Positions 1 to 11,217 of a DNA stretch of 64,000 bases are shown here, piece by piece. Every line of letters begins with the position of its first letter. Position 1 is the first letter of the stretch. The notes below the pieces were generated by a model that ran no database searches, was not told where the DNA came from, and saw only the letters and a list, made by a program, of their open reading frames with translations. Made by a program: the position numbers and the translations under genes. This DNA comes from Octopus vulgaris (taxonomy: Eukaryota). The stretch covers positions 71,920,001-71,984,000 of the forward strand of contig OX597833.1 in assembly GCA_951406725.2 (NCBI GenBank). The letters run 5' to 3'.

Positions 1-207
1 GCAAATGCGCAGGATCAATAAACACAAAAAACGTACGGAGAATAAATTTTCTCAAATGATAAAAGAGACTCCCTAGAGGCTGTAGATGGTTTGTTACCTA
101 GGTGATTTAATTAACGTTAGAGGAATAAGAACAGGTTGGAGAATGTTCAAAGAGTTATTACTACTGTTGGCTACAAAAGGTTTCTGAGAATGAAAGGCAT
201 ATTATAT

Positions 208-1191
208 TGTAGCGTACGCTTAGTGAAATTCTTTCTCTGTTATATATAACATAAATACGGACGTAGCAGATAACAGCTAGTCTTCGGCCGTTTGGACCCT
301 GGTCTGTCCACTACTCTGATTGGTTGGTATTGGCGCAATTTGTCTCTTGCTCTATTACGCGCCAATGTGCAACCCAACTAATCGCAGCCGTCTGATAAAG
401 TCCTGTGGCACAGTCTTCTAAATCTCCGTTTGAGCCTCCTAGTACCTATAAAAGCTAGTTACAACAACGGTATTTCGTCTTGTTTCTAGACCTTCTAAGG
501 TCTAACCACTGACCACAGAGCACACAGCCAGTTCTAGCGACAGACAACACCAGCAGCTCACATGGAGACTCAACTTTGTCCAGCAGCATACAGGACATCT
601 ATCTCCGTCGCCCCCATCTTCTTAACGACGCCAACAACATCTCTACGTACACAGCAACATTCACCCAGGTACTATCCCCACACTGTTTGTGAATTACTTC
701 ACCATGGTTAACAGCAAGTACAACCTTCGAGATCTTCCTGTATCAAGTAACTGGCTCTGCATAGTAGCCACAACTTCTTATACGACACGTGCTTCAACTG
801 GCTCTGCTTCTTCGCCATAACTTCTTGTTACAGCACTTCAACTATTATGTACCTTACTACGAACTGGTATTTATCTTCATTGAGTCTGAACTTCTAGCGT
901 CCTGTTATAGACTCTTTCCATGCTCTGTATTTTATCTCACATGCATACACCCTTGTTTGTACACACATACACATTATGTATGCATGACAGCCTGTCTATT
1001 GTTATTATTATTATATATGTACTTATGTCACACACACATGTTAACACCTAAATAAAATCTTTCTCTTAAACATTCTAACGGTTGTGTTGTTTTTCTTTTC
1101 CTTCTGGCACTCTTTCTCATTTATCCATTTTTGCTTTTATTGTAAGGAGTCAGTCATTCGTCACCTCTCCTTTCGCACAGCTGTTATTACA
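208..1191 (+). mobile_element. Solo LTR of an LTR retrotransposon (4-bp TSD, gypsy-like)
   Basis: Starts TGTAG (208) and ends TTACA (1191). ATAT flanks both sides (204-207, 1192-1195). TATA-like CCTATAAAAG at ~445 and AATAAA at ~1051. No internal coding region. Confidence 0.7.
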
Positions 1192-1356
1192 ATATGATGC
1201 TCGTGTACGAACTGCGAGGCCCAGTGGTAGTGAAACAAGAGCTGTGAAAGCTGAGGACATGAAATGACTAAAACGAAAAGCAGCCAGCACTGGATGTGTT
1301 GGATGTGCAACGTCAGTTCGTCTCAACAATGAAGTATAAATGTATTGTGAAAAAGG

Positions 1357-1715
1357 ATAGGTGTAGCAGTAGGGTAAGAAGTTAGCTTCTAAACCGCTGG
1401 GTTCTGGGTTCAGTTTCACTGCATAACACCTTTCTATAATTTCAGGTCAACTAAAGCCATGTGAGTGGATTTGGTCGACAGAAACTGTAACAAACCCTTT
1501 GTGTGTGTGTGTGTGTGTTAGTCCCCCACCACTGCTTGACAACCGGTGTTGGTGAGTTTACGTCCCTATAACTTAGGGATTCAGCAAAAGAGATCAAGAG
1601 AATAAGTACCAGATTTAAAAAAGGTATTGGAGTGGATTGATTCAAGTAAAAGTTTCTTCAAGATAGTGCCCCAGCATGGCCACAATCTAATGACTGAAAC
1701 AAGTAAAAGATAAAG
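1357..1715 (+). mobile_element. Degenerate tRNA-derived SINE (same family as 28282-28690)
   Basis: Shares the GTGAGTGGATTTGG..GAAACTG core and the CCAGCATGGCCAC...ATGACTGAAACAAGTAAAAG tail with fuller copies in this window. Confidence 0.7.
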
Positions 1716-2589
1716 GCTAGGAAGAATCAGATGTGGTGTGTCATGTTGGAATGGATGTAATGTACATGGATCTGGGCAACTGTATAAAGAAGTGCCAATC
1801 CCTTGGAGTGTGAACTTCATGGAGGAAATGGCTGAAGACCGGAATGACTGGTGATATGTGATGCTTGAGAAGAGAAGCTCATCTGAGCAAAATTGAGCTT
1901 TTGCAAGCATAATGTGTATCTACACAACTGGGCCTCTCACCCAATTTGCTTGCCAAGCTTTCTCACCAGCCTTTCATTTCTCCAACACTGATACAACCGA
2001 TTCCTTGTACTTCCCACCTGCAGTACAAGTATTCTGCTCTAACCAATGAAGACAGAACAATATATTTCATCATCTTTCTCACTACCCAGAAGCACTTCAC
2101 TTGACCTCCATCTTTCATTCTTAACATTGTCCCTCTCCATTCACATTTTACATTGATCGCCCTTCCAAGGTCCTAAATTATCTCCCCTTTACCTCTGAAC
2201 AACTTCCTGTCGACTTCACCATACATCTCTCACCCTCCCCACACATCATCTCCATTTCTCTCATCTTTCCTAACTGTATTATTATTATTACTATTTTGCT
2301 GCACTTCCCCCCCTCCTGAACTGCCAGTCATCACTAACTCTCCATTTACTCAAATGCATCATCACCTCCACCCTTGTTCACCATTCATTACATCCAATCC
2401 TTAATCCTATTCAGTCTCTACACTCATTACCTACTTCTTCATCTGCTTACCATTATTTTTAGTCCCACCCTTACCTGATCTCTTATCACCCCTCAATTTC
2501 CCCATACATTCTTCTAATCTCTATCCACTCACCCTTCCTGTTCATCTGCCTCTACTTCTAGTCACCTTCTTGCAAACCCTACTTGTGAA

Positions 2590-3027
2590 GACCTGTTGAG
2601 GCAAGTGAAAATCGAAATCTTCAACATCAATGAAAATTGTAGCTGAGATACCAGTGCCGGTGGCACATAAGAGAACCATCCGAACGTGGCCGTTGCCAGC
2701 GCCGCCCCAACTGGCCTCCGTGCCGGTGGCACGATAAAAACACCATCTGATTGTGGCCGTTGCCAGCCTCGTCTGGCCCCCGTGTCGGTGGCACGTAAAA
2801 AGCACCATCCGATCGTGGCCGTTTGCCAGCCTCGTCTGGCACCTGTGCAGGTGGCACATAAAAAGCACCCACTACACTCTCGGAGTGATTGGTGTTAGGA
2901 AGGGCATCCAGCTGTAGAAACACTGCCAGATCAGACTGGGCCTGGCGCAGCCTTCTGGTTTCCCAGACCCCAGTTGAACCGTCCAACCCATGCTAGCATG
3001 GAAAACAGACATTAAACGATGATGATG
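2590..3027 (+). mobile_element. Non-autonomous retroposon with RTE-like (GAT)n tail and internal ~48-bp tandem units
   Basis: Repeated GGTGGCAC..AAAAAGCACCATCCGATCGTGGCCGTTGCCAGC units, then TTAGGAAGGGCATCCAGCTGTAGAAAC...CCATGCTAGCATGG...TTAAACGATGATGATG. Related copies at ~7320-7617, 15105-15440 (-), 16990-17297, 29460-29665, 33745-33890 and 40088-40465 (-). Confidence 0.75.
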
Positions 3028-3479
3028 TACTCAAAGGGCTCACCCTGACACCTTGTCACCACCATCTTTATCTCTTTTTCCGGTTTCATCCTTCAATGTA
3101 TGTGGGTCCCAAAAGATCTGTTCTAGCCCTTTCTTTCATATTCAAATTTCTCACCACCAAGCATAAAGCCATGTCCTTCTCTACTCGAGCCCCACTCAGT
3201 CAAAGGAGATCTTGGTCTAGCAAGCTCCATGGTGACCTCAGTACTAATCACATGGAAAAAAGCACCCGGTACATTCTTTCAAATGGTTGGCATTAGGAAG
3301 AGCATCCAGCTGCAGAAACCATGCAAAGGCAGACATTGGAACATGGCACAGTCCTGCAATCCATTCGATCCTGTCCAACTCTTCACCCATGCCAGCATCA
3401 AAGATAGACATTAAAAGATGGTTGTTATTATGATGACGATGATATGATATAATGATATATATATATATATATATGAAGG

Positions 3480-3880
3480 CAGCCAAAGGTCTCTCTCTCC
3501 AAGCAAAAAGAAGATTGTATGATTCACGTATATGAACAGCAACGCTACATGGCAGTGCTACATGGGCTCTGAATGTAGATGGCATGCAAAGGCTAGAGAG
3601 GAGTGAAGCTGGTATGCTCCACCGGGTGTGCAATGTAAGTGTACACATGTGCAACAGAGCACTGGGGTACTGAGGGAAAAGTTGGGCATAAGAGGAATTA
3701 GATGCAGTGAGCAAGAGAGGAGGCTGTGCTGGTTTGGTCATGTGATGCATGCAGAAGTGATGGTCACTTAGAGTGGATGGAGCTTGTGGAAGAGGGAGAC
3801 CGAGGAAGACATGAGATGAAATATTAGAAGACACTCATCCTTAACAAAGAGATGACAAAGGACTGAGATATCTGGCTCTT
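3480..3880 (+). mobile_element. RTE-clade LINE 3' fragment (degenerate)
   Basis: Broken reading similar to RLYDS.IxTAxLHGSATW...RLERSEAGML...RRLCWFGHVM...RGRPRKT, the C-terminal region of RTE ORFs. Confidence 0.7.
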
Positions 3881-3884
3881 TGCT

Positions 3885-4745
3885 CTACTCAAGAAGACTG
3901 CTCTTCATTCTCACTGACATTGCACAGTGTAGCATACTAGCTTCATTTCTTTCAAGCCTACGCATGTCCTCAGTAGTCACAGCCCATGTTTCACTGCCAT
4001 GTAGCACAACTGTTCTCACGCAGGCATCATACAATCTAACTTTCACTCTGTAGGGGAGGTCCCTTGTTGCCAACATAGGTAGGAGCTTTCTGAACTTTTC
4101 CCAGCCTATTCTTACTCTTGAGCCATGCTCTCTGAGCATCTACCTCTGCTACTAATTTGGTCACCTAGATGGAGGCTCTCAACCACCTCTGGCTTATCCT
4201 GCTGGCATTTGATGGAGTCTATTTTCTGTACATTTTTAGTGTTGATCGTACCTGTGCACCTTCCACACAAAAACTATTTTCCCAGTTAACCTTCCTCTGA
4301 TGTTGCTGCACCTCTTATGTTTCCATAGCTTACACTGAGTACATCTTATGGAATTTCTGCTTATGCCCTTCCAACAGATTGAAAAGGGCCATCTACCTGA
4401 AGGGATTTGTGATTTGACTGCCTTCCTACTTACTAAGACTTTGGTTTTTGCTAGATTGACTCTAGGGCCCTTTGATTCTAGACCTTGCTTCCACGCCTGA
4501 AACTTCTTCTCTACTTCTGGTAGTGATTCAGCTATAAGAACAAGGTTATCAGCATAGAGGAGCATCCCATCTTAAATTCCTCAGTTATTGCCTGGAGGAC
4601 TATGATGAACAAGAGGGGACTGAGGACTGATCCTTGGTGAACCCCTACTTGTACCCTGAATTCATTGCCAACCCTCACCTTACTGACGACATCCCTGTAC
4701 ATGGCTTGTACAGCTCTCACCGACCATCATCTATACCAAGTTTCT
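3885..4745 (-). mobile_element. RTE-clade LINE reverse-transcriptase fragment (frameshifted)
   Basis: Minus-strand ORFs with GVHQGSVLSPLLF, LLYADNLVL, VNLAKTKV and GWEKFRKLLPML..LYDACVRTVVLHGSETW. Confidence 0.9.
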
Positions 4746-5758
4746 GCAGTTACCACCAGATAAAAAATCAGAGGATCCAGTCAAAGGCTTTTATATCAAG
4801 TATACTAAATACACCAAATGCAAAATCTGTCTGTCTGTACACGTGCAAAAGGAGAGAAAGCAAAATGTGGAAACTTTCCCATGATTATAAATAAAAGAAA
4901 ATGCTTTTGGAATTTTATTAGGAATAAAAGAAAGGAAACATTAATGTTTGTTGAAATATGCTTTTGATTTCAATCAGTTTTTAAGAAAATTTAGCCAAAT
5001 TGAAAAAGAAGTGAAAACTATACTGAAGTTTATTAGTCTTCCATTTCTATCGGTTGAAGAAGTTCATCTGTATTTCTCACAAAATCCCTTTGGGGCTGGT
5101 GGTTGGTTCCCTTCCAATGACTGCTCGTAGTAGGAACGGTAACAGTTTCCACAGTGATTGTTGCCTTTTGTCCCTTAGCAGCAAAGTCGGTACTAAGGAG
5201 AAACTATAAGCTGTAGTAGTGTTGGTAGACATAGTAAAAGCAGTGGGAGTACCTTGTTCCTCTTCTTTAAGAATGAGGTAGTGGCTGTAGCAGAAGTAGT
5301 AGTAGTAGTAGCAGTAGTAGTTTCTCTGCCACATGGGTTTACAAATGGTATTTACTTAAAATGTTGCCTTATTAATCTGTTGCGATTGTGATGTGCAAAT
5401 GACAAAAACTGGTATAAAGGCGAAGATTGCAAAATTTCATTCTTTCTTATTGGCACAGGGGCCGATATATATATATCACTGGATTCTGTTTGTATTAACC
5501 GCATTTTAATTTATCATCCCTACAGAGTCTTGTGTTGTCTTTAACAAATATTGTAGGTTGAAATGTAAGGTAAAATTCTAAGACAGAACACCTGTGTAAG
5601 TAAGGCACAGTGATACAGAATCTGGGTTTAGGGTTCATCTTTGTTACAAATCCCCAATGATCTCTGATCAACCCCGGTCCCATATCCTATGTTAAAGAGA
5701 CAAGTTAAAAAAGGACGGGTTTTTAATATAGAATAATTATAATTTTCAGGTTATCTTT

Positions 5759-6376
5759 TTAAACATGGCGAAGTTCTTTAATTTTGTTAATTAAAACTAT
5801 ATTGTCAGTCTCTTCAAGTGCTTTGATGAAAATAGACATGGTATTGTTAAAACGTTTTGGTAAAATATCAAGGAGGTTTCGAATTTGCTTTGACCGTTCC
5901 AGATGCCTCAGGATTAAACTTTTGTGTGAGTCTTTAATAACATCTTCACTGAACAAAATGTCAACAACTCCTTCCACATCGATCATATTTTTCACAAACT
6001 GAACTCGTAATTTTCTCAAAATGTCTTTATCTTTATCGTCCATGATAGTTCTTTTCTTGTTTACTAACTGCAAAGACGGAGCAGTTTCGTTCTTGCTCAA
6101 AGGTCCATCAGAGGTTAACTTTAAAGCAATGTGTTCATTACCAGTTGAGTTCAAGGCAGAGCAGAACATATTGAATTCAGATTTATCTTTTTTCACAAGA
6201 AAATCAAGCAGTTTGCGTATTTTATTATCCTCATTCTCGCAGGATTTTATGTCCTCGTTAACTGAAGTTGTGAGGATACCATCAGAAATTAAAGTGTCAA
6301 CCACATCTTCAATGGAAACCAAGTTCTTAACTATAAATGGCCGATAGTTTAGAAGTTTCTCCTTGGAAGAAGACAT
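5759..6376 (-). CDS. Tandem CARD (2xCARD) death-fold protein, 205 aa, single coding exon
   Basis: Intact ATG-to-TAA ORF. Two ~90-aa repeats with the CARD pattern (KLLNYRPFIVKNL..VVDTLISDGILT..KIRKLLDFLVKK..FCSALNSTGN and DILRKLRVQFVKNM..VVDILFSEDVI..QIRNLLDILPKR..FIKALEETDN). A poly-T/CAG acceptor ~40 nt upstream (~6417-6432) implies a non-coding first exon. Confidence 0.85.
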   Translation of the reverse strand: MSSSKEKLLNYRPFIVKNLVSIEDVVDTLISDGILTTSVNEDIKSCENEDNKIRKLLDFLVKKDKSEFNMFCSALNSTGNEHIALKLTSDGPLSKNETAPSLQLVNKKRTIMDDKDKDILRKLRVQFVKNMIDVEGVVDILFSEDVIKDSHKSLILRHLERSKQIRNLLDILPKRFNNTMSIFIKALEETDNIVLINKIKELRHV

Positions 6377-8342
6377 TCTGAATGAAGTTTGTGTTTTGTT
6401 TTTCTTCTGTTATTACTGAAAAAAAAAAAAAAGGTAAAAAGCCCTGGATATAAACTCTGTGCAAATACATTTACAACAAAAGTATCAGTATAGTGTTTAC
6501 ATTTCATTTCATTAATTTTTTACATCCATTTTTCTATGGTAGCATGAGTTAGAAGAATATATTGAGATATTGTTATACAGTTGGAGCCCCTTCCTCACAC
6601 ATTTTTCAAATAAGGGACCTCTTTGAAAGCACAAAACCAGCAGATGATATGTTGACAGGGTAAATGACAACCCCATCACTGCTTATGGCTGAGGGAATTT
6701 TGGACAGACACAAATGCAGTGAAGCGATGTGTGTTCCACCCACACGTAACAAGAAAACTTTTCACACACCCTACCCCAACAAACCAAACTACATCTCTTC
6801 TCTTCCTCACATCTCTTTCATGCATTAAACTTATCTCTCACTCCCCAATCCTGTCCTCGTGGCCCCGTTTACTGAATAATTGCTATCCAGTAGCCCCTAC
6901 CCTCTATATACCCAGGTTCTCACCACTCACTACATTCCTCCCCTTCATTCTCAACTCAGGCAATGCCCTGCCACTTATATTAGGACTTTCATGCCACCAC
7001 CTCTCTCTCCCTCTTCTTTTACTCAACCATCCCATTTACATTCTGATCCCTGTTCCTCGAGAGTATGCCCTGGTACTTTCCTACCATCTCTCCCCTGCTC
7101 TCTCCCTCCTTCTCCTGCTCTTCTCTCAGGCTGGGTAACCAATAACAACAGCAGCCCACTTGCTTCTGTCCTCATTCCTGATCTTTCTCTGCCCGGGTAA
7201 CCCTGTACCTCTTCTACACCAAAACACCTGTTTCTGTTCACTAAAACCTTTCATCATCTGACACAGGATCACTCCCCCAATTTCCCCTCCCCTCTCAAAA
7301 GATTCTTTGTCTTGCAAGTTACTTGGCAACCCTGTCAGTGCAGGTGCCACTTAAAAAGCATCCAGTCCACACTGTAAAGTGGTTGGCATTTGGAAGGGCA
7401 TCCAGCTGTAAAAATCATGCCAAAAACGACCTCATCTGTGCTTGTACCACTTAAAAAGCACCCAGTCTACTCTGTTGGGTGGTTGGTGTTAGGAAGGGCA
7501 TCCAGCCGTAAAAACCCTACCAGAACAGGCACAGAAGTCTGGCCAACTCCTGTCAAACCGTCCAACCCATGCCAGCATGGAAGGCGGACGTTAAACGATG
7601 ATGATGATGATGATGATGCACACACAAGCTTCAGTGGCTAAATTATAAAGACCATTCCAATTAGAGCTGGCTTTTTTTGAAACTCATCAGAAATCTTATA
7701 ATGATTACAGCTGCTGAAATTAAGGATTTAATGACAGAATGCATGGATGATAGAGAAGAGAGGAGTTAAAGGGAGGTGGGTGGGGGGAATGGGCAGAAAA
7801 GGAATTACATCGGGGTGGAGAAGTATCAGACAACACGGGTGGAAGGAATTTGCAAAAAGAGGTTAAAGAAATTATGAAAGCTGATATCACGACTGGAAGA
7901 AGGGAGACAACTGAGCAGAAGCTATGCTGGATAAAAGCGATTCAGAGAAGCAGAGAAAAGAGACATTAAGTAAAGACGACGACGATATATAAGTGTAATG
8001 TTTCTCTTGATAAATACCCAATATTGTTCTTGTTCTGAGAGACGGCCTTGAATCCTGCTGCTACCCTAACCTCCAGCCTCTCACTAATATAGCATCGACA
8101 AACCCCTGTCTGCTGAGTATTCAAAACCCAAAAACCATGTGAAAATATTCTCAAGAAATTTTGACCAGCAAAGTATTTGGATATTTTAGGGGAGTTTATC
8201 AATGGTCTTCCTACACCATTCATGTGAAAGTTAATTTGTAAATATAACTTCTTACAGAGTTATATATATATATATATTACGGAGATGTACTTGCATAGCA
8301 AGTGACCTGATCTGAGATCGTGTGCTGGAACGAAAACAATTG

Positions 8343-8688
8343 CAGCGTGGAAGGTGTTTGTAAGCCATTTAAGAAACACACAAAAGCCGTTCGATTCACT
8401 TCAACATTTAAGTTTAATTTGTCAAAATATTTTCGTCGCTTTAAGACCGCGACCTGTTCACTGACAAAAATCATGCCAAAAATGACGTCATCTGTGCTTG
8501 TACCACTTAAAAAGCACCCAGTCTACTCTGTTGGGTGGCTGGTGTTAGGAAGGGCATCACGGATTTTTGTTAGTGAACAGGTTGTGGTCTTATAGCGACG
8601 AAAATATTTTGATAAATTAAACTTAAATGTTGAAGTGAATCGAACGGCTTTTGTGTGTTTCTTAAATGGCTTATAAACACCTTCCACG

Positions 8689-8691
<3 letters not shown>
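8343..8691. repeat. Inverted repeat (~130-bp arms, 8343-8472 and 8562-8691) between (TA)n tracts, with a captured spacer
   Basis: Arms read as reverse complements with few mismatches. Spacer 8473-8558 matches 7417-7502. Confidence 0.9.
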
Positions 8692-8747
<56 letters not shown>

Positions 8748-8813
8748 GGTCCCGGGTTGATTCGGGGTTAACCACAGTAAGTAAGGTACTCAATACATAG
8801 CAGAGTAAAATTG

Positions 8814-8942
8814 ATTTATTATATAGAAGGAGCTTCTACAGGACTAGTACTGTTTCATTCAAGAGAAATCTTCAGGAAGCAGCTTCCTGAAGATTTCTCT
8901 TGAATGAAACAGTACTAGTCCTGTAGAAGCTCCTTCTATATA

Positions 8943-8948
<6 letters not shown>
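8814..8948. repeat. Perfect palindrome, 67-bp arms, 1-nt loop (8881); Penelope-like terminal-repeat remnant
   Basis: ATTTATT...TTCAGGAAGC-A-GCTTCCTGAA...AATAAAT, lying between (TA)n tracts. Confidence 0.9.
8881..8931 (+). ncRNA. Putative minimal type I hammerhead ribozyme motif (mirrored on the - strand)
   Basis: Stem I AGCTTC/GAAGCT; core CTGAAGA; weak stem II TTC-tctt-GAA; GAAA; stem III ACAG/CTGT with a loop containing palindromic ACTAGT; GUA cleavage triplet at 8923-8925; AATAAA downstream. Confidence 0.5.
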
Positions 8949-8984
<36 letters not shown>

Positions 8985-9255
8985 TCATCCATCACCCTCT
9001 TGTACTGTCTTATATTCCTCCCCACCACTACAAACTCAAGACCACTATAAAATGGTCAAAACTTTTCACACAGGAACTTAGTTTGATTTGAAAACCCCAC
9101 TAGAATGGGAGAAAGCGCTAATACATGATCTAAGTTATATGATATATATATAAAGAATGTAATATACAAATAAATATCTGTAAATATAAACCATCCGATT
9201 TTCTGAGTACCTCATTTCTTCTAATATAAAATACCTGCACATCATCTCCAAACCT

Positions 9256-9329
<74 letters not shown>

Positions 9330-9799
9330 ATACTGTGACACCTGTTCCCCCTGCCAGCCAGCCAGCACAGCTATGCATTATGTAATAGAAAGTGAAAATC
9401 TCTGGCCGGACTCAAGAGTCATACATCGGGCTCACATTGGATCAACATTGACTCATTTCAATGACTCTTTCTAGTAATGGCTTTGCTCTAATATGAGAAA
9501 GCAGATCGTAAAGATGGGCTTCAATGGACTGCTGCCTGTATGTGCTTTGAAATGCTTCTTTGTCAAAACAGGACTTGAATGCCTTAGGGTTTAAACTGGC
9601 CATATTTGACTTCTCACACCTACCCTACAATGTCATTCTAAAAACGAGAGTTTTGTAGCATAATTAGGTCACCGGAATTCAGTCAACGAAAAGAAAAGAA
9701 AAATTTCCAGTGATTCCAGGACAGGATCGATCCCCAAATCTAATCAGTCCGTGCCAGTGACGAGGCCAAACATCCCTGAAACAATACCTCCACTTTCAA

Positions 9800-10033
9800 G
9801 GCGAAGGTACTGGCAGAAACGTTAGCGCCCCGGGCGATATGCGTAGCCGTATTTCGTCTGCCGTTACGTTGTGAGTTCAAATTCCGCCGCGGTCGACTTT
9901 GCCTTTCATCCTTTCGGGGTCGATTAAATAAGTACCAGTTACGCACTGGGGTCGATGTAATCGACTTAATACCTATGTCTGTCCTTGTTTGTCCCCTCTG
10001 TGTTTAGCCCCTTGTGGGTAATAAAGAAATAGG
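9800..10033 (+). mobile_element. tRNA-derived SINE with Meta-like central domain
   Basis: TGGCAGAAACGTTAG (A box), GAGTTCAAATTCC (B box) and GTCGACTTTGCCTTTCATCCTTTCGGGGTCGATTAAATAAGTACCAG core. Second copy at 10884-11088; fragments at ~42920-43085, 46430-46620 (-) and 53140-53280 (-). Confidence 0.75.
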
Positions 10034-10729
10034 TAATAATAATAAAGCAACAGACATCATTCCAGCAACACAACCATTTATTTGATATCATTCTACCATT
10101 TCGAAAACGTCTGTAAAACTTTTGCTCTCCCCACAGCATAGAACCCCTCAAAACCTTTCCATTTTTTGGAATTTTCAGAAAACTTTTGCGAATTTGTGTT
10201 CTACACACGGAAAATCATACGACTATCCAAAAAGAAAAGAAGTTTGTGTGATTTAAAGGGTATTTAGCTGTTATTTTTAGCAGTACCTGACCGAGCGTTG
10301 AGAAAAATTAGTTTATGAATTTGGAATTATTGATTGTAATTATAAAATTTGTTCTACTCCGTTGTGTTTTCAGGAGATCAACTGGTTTTCCCCGGATTGT
10401 TTACTTTAATTAAGTCAAAAACAAATGACTTCCTAATCAGGAAATCTAAATCTCAGGATTTTACAGAATTTAAAGCAATTAAGGAAAAAGTAAACTAAGT
10501 TATGTTAATTGGAACCCTAAATTCGAAAATCAAACAACTTTTTAATACCTGATGTTCGTAAATAATTTTTACCTGTCAATTTTGAAAGATTTCAGGAAAA
10601 GTTTTCAGGATGTAAATAAACAAATTTCGGGAAGTCTGACAAATTACAATCCCGCAGAGAATAAATTACTGCGTGATAGCTACAAGACTTCCGACTTATT
10701 TGATCGCTATCAGAAAACGAAAGCATTAC

Positions 10730-10743
10730 GTTACCATGACGAC
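10730..10743. promoter_or_regulatory. RFX X-box-like motif between the CARD gene and KIAA1328
   Basis: GTTACCATGACGAC versus consensus GTTNCCATGGNAAC, ~470 bp upstream of the KIAA1328 ATG. Confidence 0.4.
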
Positions 10744-10883
10744 AATTTAACTTAATTTTTGTTTATATTTAGTTTTAAAATTTTGTTAATGTTTTACTTT
10801 TGAAATATGAAAAAAAATTGGCTTAAGCTTTTCTTTAACACGCTGCCACCATGTGACATCTTGATATAATTTTTCACGCTGAA

Positions 10884-11088
10884 AGGCAGCGAACTGGCGG
10901 AGAGGTTAGCACGCCGGACGAAATGCTTAGAGGCATTTCGTCCGTCTTAACGTTCTGAGTTCAAATTCCGCCGAGGTCGACTTTGCCTTTCATCCTTTCG
11001 GAGTCGATTAAATAAATACCAGTTATGCACTGGGGTCGATGTAATCGACTTAATCCCTTTGTCTGTCCCCTTCTGTGTTTAGCCCCTG
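10884..11088 (+). mobile_element. tRNA-derived SINE with Meta-like domain, in the KIAA1328 promoter region
   Basis: Close copy of 9800-10033. Confidence 0.75.
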
Positions 11089-11139
11089 AAACTTGGTTTA
11101 ATTGAAAGCGAAACAAGAACGGAGGAATTGCGGGAACAA

Positions 11140-11217
11140 TTAAGACTGGACGTCGGATGCTGTTTGCACATGCGCAGTGCGAAGGATTGCGTTGATTGGT
11201 TGATTGTAGAATGGCGA
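11140..11217 (+). promoter_or_regulatory. KIAA1328 proximal promoter: NRF1-like, reverse CCAAT and YY1-like motifs
   Basis: GCACATGCGCA (~11166-11176), GATTGG (~11194) and AATGGCG over the ATG, in a locally CpG-rich stretch. Confidence 0.45.

Noticed and set aside
2650-2870. Spaced ~48-bp repeats resembling a CRISPR array
   Set aside because: Eukaryotic context, no unique spacers, no cas genes; these are internal tandem units of a dispersed retroposon.
5077-5334. Possible extra exon downstream of the CARD ORF
   Set aside because: Driven by a (TAG/CTA)n microsatellite, with no recognisable domain or convincing splice path.
8415-8470. Hammerhead-like three-way fold on the minus strand (also CTGAGGA at ~25405 and CTGATGA at ~53758)
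   Set aside because: The core deviates from CUGANGA or stem I cannot close; at most degenerate relics.
9130-9378. Many short ORFs with YIYI, CVCV, HTHT or SLSL runs here and across the window
   Set aside because: Translations of dinucleotide and tetranucleotide microsatellites and SINE bodies.
10384-10393. NF-kB/Rel-like site GGTTTTCCCC in the CARD gene intron
   Set aside because: A single short match is expected by chance.
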